A DNA stretch of 64,000 bases from contig CATNEN010000038.1 of assembly GCA_950097015.1 (NCBI GenBank), forward strand, positions 26,908,001 to 26,972,000. The letters run 5' to 3'. Positions within the stretch are counted from its first letter, which is position 1; each line of letters opens with the position of its first letter. The translations under genes were made by a program, and so were the position numbers. This document shows positions 32,773 through 42,931 of the stretch, in pieces. Origin of the DNA: Macrostomum hystrix (lineage: Eukaryota; Animalia; Platyhelminthes). Under the pieces are notes generated by a model. The model saw only the letters and a program-made list of their open reading frames with translations, made no database searches and was not told the origin of the DNA.

Positions 32773-33868
32773 ACTTTAGTGGCATTATTAGTATTAACAG
32801 TTTATTAAGAAGTTAGCCCTATAACAAATAGAAATCAACAAAGTAGAAAGGTAGGCCCTAGCTTGCAATGACTAGAGATAAAGAGGAAGCACTATAAGAA
32901 AGCAACAACACAACTACAACACCAAAACAATGCTAGATTCACAAGAGGTAAAAATAAAACTGGCAATTTTGCAAAGTTTTGCTATTTATCAGATATTTTT
33001 CCTTTTTTAATCTGTGAAAAAAAATAATTTAATACTAATAGGGTGCATTCCAATCTCATGTCTATCTTTCTAAATGCTTTTGCCATGTACCAAGAATAAT
33101 CCAGACTATCCTGATTACTAGGTCTAACTAAATATCTATTACTAGATGCATTTTGTAAATATTAACATTATATATTCTCTATAAATCTACAATATTAAAT
33201 TTATTATTGTATTTGTAAAATATTTAGCTGGCTATTAAATATGTGACAGTTCTAGGTTCTTGCTAACAGTGAATGAAAAATTTAAATTGTTTATTATCTT
33301 GTAAATAGGTCAATGTAAATCTGTTTATGCCTACCCACATTGTATAAGTTGTGGGGCAAGCCTAGCTATTTTAATTACTGGGCTATAAAACATATTACTT
33401 CATAAAAATCTAATAGCAAACAATTTAGAAACAGTAATAGTAGGGCCTAATAAAAACAAATCTTAGCAGACTAGTGAGTCATGACTAGGCCTAGGCTAAC
33501 TAAATAGGACCTAGGCTTAGCAGTGACATACGTTCCTAAGCCAAGGGCATAAAAACTTACCATGGATGATGGCTAAGCAAACTTTAGTGGTTAAATGCTT
33601 TTTGGTATATCCCTTATGAAGTTATGGCCTTATGGAATATGGAAGGAGCACTTTGAATCAACAACTTACAACTAGTGTAAAGTATATTTTTTTATTTCTT
33701 AACTATTAAATAATATTTAGATCTATATATTAAGACATAGATTATTTGGCTCAGCCAAAGGTGGCCTGTTGGTCTATCAACAAAAATATGCAAAAATTAC
33801 AAGTCAAATATCATGGGGTGTGTATAAAAGTCACCCGTGTTGACAGAGATAGGGTCTAAGAAACGGTA

Positions 33869-34247
33869 ATCGAACATGCGCGACGGTCGCCTAATAGGCA
33901 ACTCCGAACATGTTCTTTGTTCCGAGAACATGTTCTTTTAAATTTATAAGGCTACTTAATGTATATTAATAAATTAATAACATGAAGAAAAAACTATGCC
34001 TTCCTTGACATGAGGTCAACAAACAATACAGATTTAAACCATGTGTGTGTGTTAAACCATACTAGACATAGTATGGGTTTAACTCTGTCTTGTTTGTTGA
34101 CCTCATGCCAAGGAAGGCATAGTTTTTTCTTCATGTTATTAATTCATTAGTATACATTAAGTAGCCTTATTAATTTAAAAGAACATGTTCTCGGAACAAA
34201 GAACATGTTCGGAGTTGCCTATTAGGCGACCGTCGCGCATGTTCGAT
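33869..34247. mobile_element. Fold-back/MITE-like element, ~170-bp near-perfect inverted arms
   Basis: ATCGAACATGCGCGACGGTCGCC... is the reverse complement of ...GGCGACCGTCGCGCATGTTCGAT. Short central hairpin. Additional outer IR CCGTGTTGAC/GTCAACACGG. Confidence 0.85.
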
Positions 34248-34529
34248 GTAGCCTAAGAGTCGTCAACACGGCTGATAAAAGAAGCCAGCGCTCAGCTGGT
34301 CAGTGGCATTAAAACAAAGTTTAAAGAATAGTCGGGCAGATAAGTGGAATCATGTAGAATAAAAGGAATTCATATGCGTGTATTAATTATGATTGTTTTT
34401 ATAATTTTTTTATTTTTCTTTACATCACAAAGTGAGTTACATAGATTTTTTTTAATTTCCTTTTTACTGATCGTAATTACGTCAAATATAAAAAATAAGT
34501 CATGTATTAATATTAATATTTAGTCAAAG

Positions 34530-34949
34530 ACACCATTTTACCCTAAATTTTGAACAACGAAAACTTCAATAGTGACAAACTCCGATTCAAATTCGACAGT
34601 TAACGACAAGGCACGTCAAAGCTACATTCAATTTTGACACAGTCAACTTCAATTTTGAAAAGGTCTATATTGAAGTGGAGTTGATAAAATTGAAGCGGAT
34701 ATTCAGGAGAATTTACCATAGAGTGTAACTTTTGTCGTTCGCTGTGTCAAAATTGAATCATAGTTTTAGACAACTTGAGGAGTGAGGATTTGGCTCGCGC
34801 ATTGGCTAAATCGGACCTTTTCAAAATTGAAGTTGACTGTGTCAAAATTGAATGTAGCTTTGACGTGCCTTGTCGTTAACTGTCGAATTTGAATCGGAGT
34901 TTGTCACTATTGAAGTTTTCGTTGTTCAAAATTGATGGTAAAATGGTGT
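34530..34949. mobile_element. MITE with ~135-bp terminal inverted repeats
   Basis: ACACCATTTTACC...GAAAAGGTC mirrored by GACCTTTTC...GGTAAAATGGTGT. A diverged arm is present at 29.5 kb. Confidence 0.85.
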
Positions 34950-34992
34950 AGAGGCTATTCGAATTTTAAAACGGCTAAAGCTTTCGTATAAA

Positions 34993-35690
34993 TGTAGTAG
35001 TTGCAATTTATGCCGTATTTTTACATTTAAAGTTTTGTATTTCCTAGAAACGCAGCGTTAACTTAGAATTGAATATTTTGTTTAAATGCCGCTTTTTGTT
35101 TTAATCATGTCCGCCACCCCGAAAGAAACCTAATATATACGAGTGATTTTAGACACGAAAAACCCAACTGGCGTTTCTCCGCAAGTTCTGGAAAAGCAAG
35201 CTGTTCAAAGCAAATAAAGTTTTCTTTCCTTAATCATTTTAGCTAAAGGCTACAAGCTGGAAAGTGTATGTCATAAGCGAGAATTCGTACTGAAATAAGA
35301 TATACAGGTTGGATCTGATCCAGACAGTAAAACCCAGAAGGGATTAAATTAATGCAGATTTTGCAGAAGGAAATAAAAGGAAACTAAGGGAGTAATTCCA
35401 AATAAGAGAGAGAGAGTGTGAGATTGGACACCCTCCGATCCACTGGTAGCCTTTGTCGGACTGAACTTAATAAAAGACTGTGTGTCACTAACATAAAATA
35501 TACATATGAGTTATTCGTGTGAATCAGATTAAAATAGTGTCTTACCGCTCGGACACTTGCATGCTATCACAGAGTAAATAACTACTCTAATATAATATTA
35601 TAAAGTGTTATACTAATTAAAATTGCTAAAGTTTAAAAGCCCTGAGACCATTTGATAGAATATTAACAAATAAGAAAGGGCCCTCCCACA
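34993..35690 (+). repeat. 5' LTR
   Basis: TGTAGTAG...CCCTCCCACA, matches the 3' LTR. Confidence 0.96.
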
Positions 35691-35693
35691 ACT

Positions 35694-35711
35694 TGGTGGC
35701 AGCGGTGGGAT
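35694..35711 (+). other. Primer-binding site complementary to the tRNA-Leu 3' end
   Basis: TGGTGGCAGCGGTGGGAT is the complement of ATCCCACCGCTGCCA-CCA of eukaryotic tRNA-Leu(AAG/TAG), 3 nt after the LTR. Confidence 0.9.
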
Positions 35712-35743
35712 CGGAAAATCCAGTCAACACACCAGAAACCGTA

Positions 35744-36642
35744 ATGGCAGGAGTTCAAGATGCAATTGGAATGTTGGCCGAAGAGCTGAGAATCGATTGG
35801 AATTAGGCCCAATGAGGCATGTTAAGATTCAGAAATTTACCCCAAGCCAAGATATCAGAATTTGGCTAACCGCCTTTGACCAAAGGTGTGATTCTGAAGG
35901 AATAGAACAGGAAGAACACAGGAAGAGGGAGCTCTTAGCCAACTTAGATTTAGCCACTGCGTTTGCAGCAGTACAACGTCTTAACTTACCAGAAGACCTA
36001 ACCTACGAGGAATTTAAGGAAAGACTAGTAGAAAGATTCGGTCGTTTAGGTAGTTCAGCAGAGTTTAGAGAAGAATTTCGAGGCCGATTGCAGGGCAGAA
36101 ATGAGCAGATTGATTCGTTTTCCGATGCACTTATCGAGTTAGCAACCCGTGCTTTCCCGAATATGAATGCCGAACAACGCGAAGAAGAGGTTGTCGAGCA
36201 ATTCATCAAAGGCGCTAGAATTCCCTCAGATACTAGGGAAAAGTTGATTTTCGCCCAACCAGCCAGTCTGCAAGAGGCTAGGCGAATGTTAAGGCGCATT
36301 GAAGCCGCTTGGCAGATGTCACACAAAAGTGGACTACGAGTTGTGAGAGATGAGCCAAGTAATGACGAAGATCAGAGCAGGAAGCTGGAAGATCTGATTG
36401 AGAAGCAGAAGCTGGAAATCAGCAAACAGAAGAAGCTCATTGAGACTCTTACTCAAGAGAAGAGAAAGGCTGAAAGCCAGACACTGCCACCTCAGCCGCT
36501 CATGCAGCAGAAAGTGCATTTCCAGAAACCCTATCAGCAGTCAAGGCCTTCGCCGACCTGCTATAACTGTCGCAAAGTTGGACATATCGCGAAGAATTGC
36601 CAAAGTCCACGACAGTATCAGCGGTTCCATCAGGGAAACTGA
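35744..36642 (+). CDS. gag: Gag (capsid, coiled coil, CCHC knuckle); apparent 1-nt deletion near 35790
   Basis: CYNCRKVGHIAKNC zinc knuckle; RLQGRNEQIDSF MHR-like motif. The ATG at 35744 is one base out of frame with the main ORF. Confidence 0.9.
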
Positions 36643-36690
36643 ATATCGAGGGACGACAGTCGAGGCCACGCCCCTCCAGAAATCCCAGAT
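36633..36690 (+). promoter_or_regulatory. -1 programmed ribosomal frameshift signal (G GGA AAC plus downstream stem)
   Basis: X XXY YYZ heptamer directly before the gag TGA. Pol is in the -1 frame. GAGGGACG...CGCCCCTC can pair ~8 nt downstream. Confidence 0.85.
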
Positions 36691-39600
36691 TCGAACTTTC
36701 GGCCTCCCAGTCAAGTTGTTACCCTGTAAAGTCCCAATATTTTTATCAGACTGGGAAGCGTCATGCACTTTATGCGTCAGCACCTCGCCTATCAGTACCC
36801 TATGCGTCAGCACCTCGCGTATCAGCACCCTATGCGTCAGCACCCCGCGTAACAGCACCTATTGCGTCAGCACCCATTGTGTCAGCATCTATGTCAGCAT
36901 CTACCGTGTCAGCACTCGACGAGTCAGTGGAAGAGGATCTAGCATCCGAGGAGCCGGAGCCAGTTACAAGGACTCTCGTTGGAAAGTGCAACAAGAAGAC
37001 TCAAAGGACAAGTAAGAAAATCTTTGTTTCCAATTCTAAACTAGAATTAGTTAAGCCGGAAGGATATGAAGCTGTAGTAATAGGGACTATTCAAAAGCAG
37101 GAAGTAGACTTTATCCTAGATACAGGAGCCAGAAATTGCTTCTTAAGTAAATCTGTGTGGACTAAACTGATCAAGCCCGATCAGATCAAGAGCACTGATA
37201 AGAGAGTATCTACCTTTGATGGTACCAGAGTTCAGTTGGAAGGAGAAAGCTGCATTATTGTCCGTTTTGGTGACATCCAAATGGAAGTCGATTTCTTGCT
37301 ATGCAGTCACGAATGTGATAACATACTGGGAATGGAGTTCTTCATTGGATACTGTGAGAGCATTAACATCTCCAAGGGAATGTTAATACTCCATGAAGGA
37401 TCTTGTATCCCTATGCAGTTTACTCACCTCCCAGTGAAAGTTTGCCGCGTTTACACGCAAGAAAGGGCTGTGATCCCAGCCAACAGCGCACTGAGAATCC
37501 CCGTGCGATTAGCCAAGAATGCGGAATGTAACTTCGGTACCCCAATGACTATTGAAGTGATCGGAGATGGCGTAAGAGCCAAAGAGTTGACATTAGACAT
37601 GGTCCCAACTCTTGTCACCATGAAGGAAGGTTCCGCTATCGTTGAGATCATAAACCATCATCCTGTTGATGTGAAACTGGCAAAGTCAGCCCTGATTGGC
37701 TTAGCCAAACCCATGAAAGCCAAGGAGTTGAATTACTTCGAAGAACAGTCAGAACCCGAAGCCACTGTGAAAGTAAATCAGACCCAAACGATTGAGAATG
37801 CGTGGATTGAGGAGGTCAGCATTGGACCAGATCTCTCCGAAGATCAGAGAAAATCGGTAATCGATTTGATGAAGGAACACCGCGAAGCATTCTCCCAGCA
37901 TGAACTAGACATGGGTCTAACTCATCTAGTCACACATGAAATCTCTCTGAAAGATGAGACACCTGTTCGAATCCCTACGAGAAGGATTCCTCCCCATCTT
38001 CAGAAACAGGTTGACGCGCAGCTGGATGATATGCTAGCCAAGAACTTAATCCGACCTTGCTATTCAACTTATTCCACCCCATTAGTAATAGTGCCAAAGA
38101 AGGACGGAACGATTAGAATAGTTAGCGATTTCAGAGTGTTAAATTTTCGAGTTAATTACGTGCCATATCCGTTACCTAATATTCATCAAACTTTTTCTTA
38201 TCTATCAGGAAGCCAATATTTTAGCAGTTTAGATTTGAATTCCGGATACTGGCAAGTACCCATTAAGGAAGAGCATAAATTTATGACCGCATTTTCCACA
38301 CTAACTAGAGGCCAATTTGAATATGAAGTAATGGCCCAAGGTCTATCTAATGCTCCAGGCACTTTTCAGCGTTTAATGAACCTAGTTTTATTAGGAATCC
38401 AGCACAAATTTGCGATGTCATATATTGACGATATTGTCACCTATTCGAAAAATTTTGCCGATCATCTGGCACATTTAAAGGAAGTATTCCAAAGGCTAAT
38501 TACAGCAGGCTTGAAGCTAAGACCGAAGAAATGTAATTTGTTCCATCGAGAGTTAAAATATCTTGGTCACGTGATTAGTACGGAAGGAATCCGCACAGAT
38601 GAGTCCAAGATAGAGGCTATTAGAACTTGGCCGAAGCCGAAGGATGTAAAAGAGTTGAGAAGCTTTCTCGGTCTGTGCAATTATTATAGCCGTTTTGTGA
38701 AAAATTATGCCGAAGTAGCACACCTCTTATTCCAACTTACCCGGAAAAATGTGCAGAATTTCCGTGATAAATGGAGCGTGTTGCACGATCAGGCATTTGA
38801 GGCTTTGAAGACCCGAATGATGTCTACGGAAGTGCTAGCATACCCGGAATTTGTGGATGACGAAAAAGTACGGATGGTGTTGGATACGGATGCCAGTGAT
38901 GGACGAATTGGGGCCTGTCTAGGCCAGATTCAGTCAGATGGCGTGGAAAGACCCATCGCGTATTTTAGTCGCGCCATGAAAGAATCCGAAAAGAAGTACC
39001 CCATCACCCGAAAGGAACTGTTAGCCTTAGTAGATGCCATGAAACATTTTCGATTTTACCTGCTAGGAAAGAGATTCTTAGCCAGAACAGATCATAAGGC
39101 AATCATTTGGCTTTTGAGACAAACAGAAGCACAAGGTATCTTAGGAAGATGGATAGAAAGACTAAACGAGTTTCAATTTGACATTGAACATCGGAAGGGC
39201 AGTTCCCACCAGAATGCCGATAGTCTATCTAGAAGACCCGCCGAAGAGATGGAAGAAGTCGGAGAGCCCGCGGAAGGGAGAGACAGCGTGTGTGCAGAAG
39301 CTGGTCAGAAGGCAAGGACCAAGGACAGTGCTGAGTGCCTGACCCGGTCGCCAACTGTCCCAACTGAAGGAGAAATCCCGACCCCAGATCCCAACTGTCG
39401 GATCGAGTCACAGATTTCAGGAATTGAGAAGGGAGAAGAACAACGTGTTCAATGTGATTCCTGCAACTCGCAATTGAATCCGAGCGCAGAGGTATTCTAC
39501 CCTAATTCAGAGAATGAGACGCGAGGATTAAGAGAGAGCAGATGTGATAAGCTTTTGACAGACTATTTGCCCACCCCGCTTAAGCGCGAGCAAATTTTAG

Positions 39601-41363
39601 AAGCCCAACGTGCAGACCCCGCGATCCAAACCCTAAGGGAATGGAAGCGCGAAGGCCTAGCCAAACCCCCATTGCCGAGTGACGCAAGCCCCGAATTGAA
39701 GCAATTGAGTAAGTCATTTGAAGCCATGAGCATTGAGAAGGAGTTGTTAGTAATCAAGGAAGAGGGTGAATGGAAAATTGTTTTGCCCAAGTCCGTGGAC
39801 AAGCTAGCATTTAACGATCTACATGAGAGCCCGCTAGCAGGACACCTGGGTAGAGACAAAACCATTCAAAGGATGAAGCAGAGATTCTGGAGACCTGGAT
39901 TGGTCACTTCAATTGAAGGATTGATTGCCCAGTGTATCCCCTGCCTTGAGAGTAAGAAAGGTCATTACATCCAAGCCCCTATTCAGTCATTTCCAGTCAA
40001 TGAGCCGTTTTTCCGTCTTCACATTGATCTAATTGGACCCGTATCTAAGGAGAGTAGGAGAGGGCACCGGTATGTGTTAACTGTAGTAGACAGCACTACC
40101 AAATATCCCTTCGCTTTCCCGGTCCGTAACCAAAAATCAGACACCGTAATAAAATTACTGCAGGAGAGAGTATTTTCAGAATATGGCCAATGTCATTGGA
40201 TCCATACAGATAATGGAAAAACTTTCACCAGCAAGCAATTTAAAGCGTTCTGCGATCTGTACAATGTCAAGCACACTTTTACAACCCCCTATCATGCCCA
40301 AAGCAACGGTTTAGTGGAACGATTCAATAAGCAGATTAAGTCGATCATCACTTGCTTGATTGAAAAGGACCACAATGACTGGGATCTGATGATTCCCGCC
40401 GCTTTGGTAGCTGTGCGCACAAGTGTGAATAAGACCACTGGTTACAGTCCCCATTTCCTGTTATTTGGGAGAGAGGCTGTATTGCCGATTGACAACCAGA
40501 TCAAAGAATCCAAGTCCTTTGCCGATTACCCGTCCTATGTTGCCAATCATGCCGAAAGATTGAGGATAGCAGGCGAAATAGTCAAGAGGAAGTTAGAGAA
40601 AGTAGTTACTCAGCGAGAAGAAGAGGCCAAGAACAGTAAGCTGCCAAGAGAGATTCCAGTAGGCAGTTTAGCCTTAATTAACAATCCGCAGTTAGATAGC
40701 GAAGAATCTCATAAATTCCATCGCAAGAAGAGATCCGCTTATAGAGTGTTAGAACAATTTTCAGATGTAGTGTTCAAAGTTCAGAAGGAAGAAGGAGGTG
40801 AATTGACAGGCAATATCCTATTAGTGCATAGGGACAATCTGACTCTAGTGCCGAATTCTAGCAAGGAAGCAATCATTAAGGGAAGCCACCCCAGCGCCGC
40901 GAACAAAGAGAAGGTAGTAGACAAGAAAAAGAAGGAAGGACAATCAGTTAAGGGAAGCCACCCGAGGAGGAAAACCGAAGAGAAGCAGATAAATCTATCT
41001 GACTCCGAATCGGAAGACGAAGAGAGACTCCTGTGGCATTGTGACAGTAGGAGCGAAGATCATGAAATCAGAGGAAGCATGTTGGATATTGGAGCCGAAG
41101 TGGAGGTGGATGATGTAAGTTGTCAGTCGGACAATGAAAACATCGAAGAAGAAGGAGAAGGCGAAAGTGCGAACGAGAGCGAAAGTCCCGAGAGTATTAG
41201 CGAGGAATCTGACACCTCAGCCTTAGACCCGGCATGTGAAGACGAGACAATAGCTCCGCATTCCTACAACACGCGAAAATGTGTTAAGCCCCCAGCCAGA
41301 TTCAATGATTATTTGAAAAGACTAACCACAGCGATTACGTGGTTCGGCAGCATAAAATTCTAA
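36639..41363 (+). CDS. pol: Pol: aspartic protease, RT, RNase H, integrase, acidic tail (expressed by frameshift)
   Basis: LDTGA; LDLNSGYWQ; YIDD; TDASD; H-x6-H...CxxC; IDLIGP, TDNG, NGLVER. Uninterrupted ORF. Confidence 0.97.
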   Translation: MNIEGRQSRPRPSRNPRFELSASQSSCYPVKSQYFYQTGKRHALYASAPRLSVPYASAPRVSAPYASAPRVTAPIASAPIVSASMSASTVSALDESVEEDLASEEPEPVTRTLVGKCNKKTQRTSKKIFVSNSKLELVKPEGYEAVVIGTIQKQEVDFILDTGARNCFLSKSVWTKLIKPDQIKSTDKRVSTFDGTRVQLEGESCIIVRFGDIQMEVDFLLCSHECDNILGMEFFIGYCESINISKGMLILHEGSCIPMQFTHLPVKVCRVYTQERAVIPANSALRIPVRLAKNAECNFGTPMTIEVIGDGVRAKELTLDMVPTLVTMKEGSAIVEIINHHPVDVKLAKSALIGLAKPMKAKELNYFEEQSEPEATVKVNQTQTIENAWIEEVSIGPDLSEDQRKSVIDLMKEHREAFSQHELDMGLTHLVTHEISLKDETPVRIPTRRIPPHLQKQVDAQLDDMLAKNLIRPCYSTYSTPLVIVPKKDGTIRIVSDFRVLNFRVNYVPYPLPNIHQTFSYLSGSQYFSSLDLNSGYWQVPIKEEHKFMTAFSTLTRGQFEYEVMAQGLSNAPGTFQRLMNLVLLGIQHKFAMSYIDDIVTYSKNFADHLAHLKEVFQRLITAGLKLRPKKCNLFHRELKYLGHVISTEGIRTDESKIEAIRTWPKPKDVKELRSFLGLCNYYSRFVKNYAEVAHLLFQLTRKNVQNFRDKWSVLHDQAFEALKTRMMSTEVLAYPEFVDDEKVRMVLDTDASDGRIGACLGQIQSDGVERPIAYFSRAMKESEKKYPITRKELLALVDAMKHFRFYLLGKRFLARTDHKAIIWLLRQTEAQGILGRWIERLNEFQFDIEHRKGSSHQNADSLSRRPAEEMEEVGEPAEGRDSVCAEAGQKARTKDSAECLTRSPTVPTEGEIPTPDPNCRIESQISGIEKGEEQRVQCDSCNSQLNPSAEVFYPNSENETRGLRESRCDKLLTDYLPTPLKREQILEAQRADPAIQTLREWKREGLAKPPLPSDASPELKQLSKSFEAMSIEKELLVIKEEGEWKIVLPKSVDKLAFNDLHESPLAGHLGRDKTIQRMKQRFWRPGLVTSIEGLIAQCIPCLESKKGHYIQAPIQSFPVNEPFFRLHIDLIGPVSKESRRGHRYVLTVVDSTTKYPFAFPVRNQKSDTVIKLLQERVFSEYGQCHWIHTDNGKTFTSKQFKAFCDLYNVKHTFTTPYHAQSNGLVERFNKQIKSIITCLIEKDHNDWDLMIPAALVAVRTSVNKTTGYSPHFLLFGREAVLPIDNQIKESKSFADYPSYVANHAERLRIAGEIVKRKLEKVVTQREEEAKNSKLPREIPVGSLALINNPQLDSEESHKFHRKKRSAYRVLEQFSDVVFKVQKEEGGELTGNILLVHRDNLTLVPNSSKEAIIKGSHPSAANKEKVVDKKKKEGQSVKGSHPRRKTEEKQINLSDSESEDEERLLWHCDSRSEDHEIRGSMLDIGAEVEVDDVSCQSDNENIEEEGEGESANESESPESISEESDTSALDPACEDETIAPHSYNTRKCVKPPARFNDYLKRLTTAITWFGSIKF

Positions 41364-41429
41364 AAGCAAACAAGTCGTTGCGTAATTGGAGGAAGAAAAG
41401 GCTACACAATAGACATAAGGGAATTTGAG

Positions 41430-41560
41430 CCAACCAATAGGAATCGTTTTAGGGGAGTAAATTAGTCAAGCCATCATTGGTCGGTCACCGAGGAAAGTAA
41501 AAATCTGTGTTAGCCAATAAAATGTGGGGTGGGACCCCTGTTTCTCACCTATATATAGAA
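41430..41560 (+). promoter_or_regulatory. Internal Pol II promoter for ORF3 (three CCAAT boxes, GC-box-like GGGGTGGG, TATA)
   Basis: CCAAT 41434, ATTGG 41476, CCAAT 41514, TATATATAG 41550. The TATA context is conserved in the 31.0 kb relic. Confidence 0.6.
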
Positions 41561-41632
41561 GACCCCTGGGAGCAGGAAAGGAGCAATTAAAAAGCTAAAG
41601 ACACTGAGATTGTACAAACAATTTTCCGTGAC

Positions 41633-42739
41633 ATGGAAATGGATAAGTTTAACGATCAGGAATTTGACGAACTCCTGGCAGCGATTACGGTCGACTTGCC
41701 ATCAGTGAGTTCGGAGAGCGCGAGTCCAACGGAGACTAACTCCGCCAAGGCAGAACCGCCTGTGGAAAATCAGCCTGAAGCTCCGCTGCGACAGCGCACT
41801 GAGCCAAGCTTGGCTGGCAGCCGAGGTCAAGCACGTACTGTGGTGAAGAGGCCGGCCGCTAAGACCGTCGAGTCGGTTCCGTCTAAGAAGATGCAGCCCA
41901 CAGTATCTAGACTGCCAGTCCCGGCGTATCCAGCGGCTCGAGAGAATGTCTTGAAGGCGCAAGTGGCATCCGCTGTGGTTGTACCCGCCACTACTCTAGC
42001 TCGTCACCCGCCGAATGCAAGAACATCCATTGTTCTCGCTGCATCAGAAAACAATCCTGTCAAGAAGCCAGGTCCTCGACCTATTGCTCCGAGGCTGCCA
42101 CCACAGCCAGTGCAGCAGCAGCCGCAGCCGTTGATGCAGCAGCCGGTGGTGCCGCCCAAGCGGCCGACGTTGCACAAAATGCGGACCCCGTTTCAACGGC
42201 TTGGGCAACAACATCCTCAGCAGCCTCAGCAGCCGCAGCAGCCGCCGCCGCTGCAGCAACAGCAGCAGCCGCCGCCGCCGCAGCAGCAGCAGCAGCCGTC
42301 GCCGCCGCAGCAACAACAGCCGTCCGCGTCAGCTTCGCCGCAGCCTGAACCTCAGGTAACTGGTGACCAGCCACCTGAAGATGGACCCGGAGGTGACTTC
42401 CCGGCCGTCATCGGAACCCTGCCTGAGGCTAGGCAGGAACACTACAAACGGTTGGTACAATTGATCAAGAAGTATTTACTGACAATCGCGTATGCAAGGC
42501 TGGACAGGACGCTTCCGCAGCGTGAAAGAGTCCGTCCGGTCCTGCGAGTATTGAATACGGAGTTCGGTGAGCTCTATGCTATCGCCGCCTGGCGCCGTGC
42601 GATCCAATACGCTAAGCACTCCATCACAAGTAATCCATATGACTTTAATCGCGTACTTTTAAATATTGAGGTCAGATGGGCTGGCAATGTAGTTGGTTGG
42701 CCACGCCATCAATCTATTCCTATGTCAGCTCAATTTTAA
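41633..42739 (+). CDS. Gypsy accessory ORF3 (acidic N-terminus, P/Q-rich linker, conserved ~100-aa C-terminal domain); not env
   Basis: 368-aa ORF between pol and PPT. No signal peptide or TM. Homologue at 31.1-31.8 kb. Confidence 0.8.
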   Translation: MEMDKFNDQEFDELLAAITVDLPSVSSESASPTETNSAKAEPPVENQPEAPLRQRTEPSLAGSRGQARTVVKRPAAKTVESVPSKKMQPTVSRLPVPAYPAARENVLKAQVASAVVVPATTLARHPPNARTSIVLAASENNPVKKPGPRPIAPRLPPQPVQQQPQPLMQQPVVPPKRPTLHKMRTPFQRLGQQHPQQPQQPQQPPPLQQQQQPPPPQQQQQPSPPQQQQPSASASPQPEPQVTGDQPPEDGPGGDFPAVIGTLPEARQEHYKRLVQLIKKYLLTIAYARLDRTLPQRERVRPVLRVLNTEFGELYAIAAWRRAIQYAKHSITSNPYDFNRVLLNIEVRWAGNVVGWPRHQSIPMSAQF

Positions 42740-42931
42740 GTGCGATCCATGTTTTAATGTCGCTTTTCCTTTGTGCTTTACTTATCGTATTCATGCAATT
42801 CCCATTCATGTTGTACTGCGTTCATTTGTCTTTTCTGCATGTTCTTTGTGTAAATGCTTAATGTTTTGTTGTGCTTTTATTGCTTAAAATTTACTCACTA
42901 TATTCATAAATTTCAAGTTAGGGAAGCCAAT

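Noticed and set aside
41633-42739. ORF3 as a retroviral envelope gene
   Set aside because: No signal peptide, furin site/fusion peptide or transmembrane anchor; no Cys.
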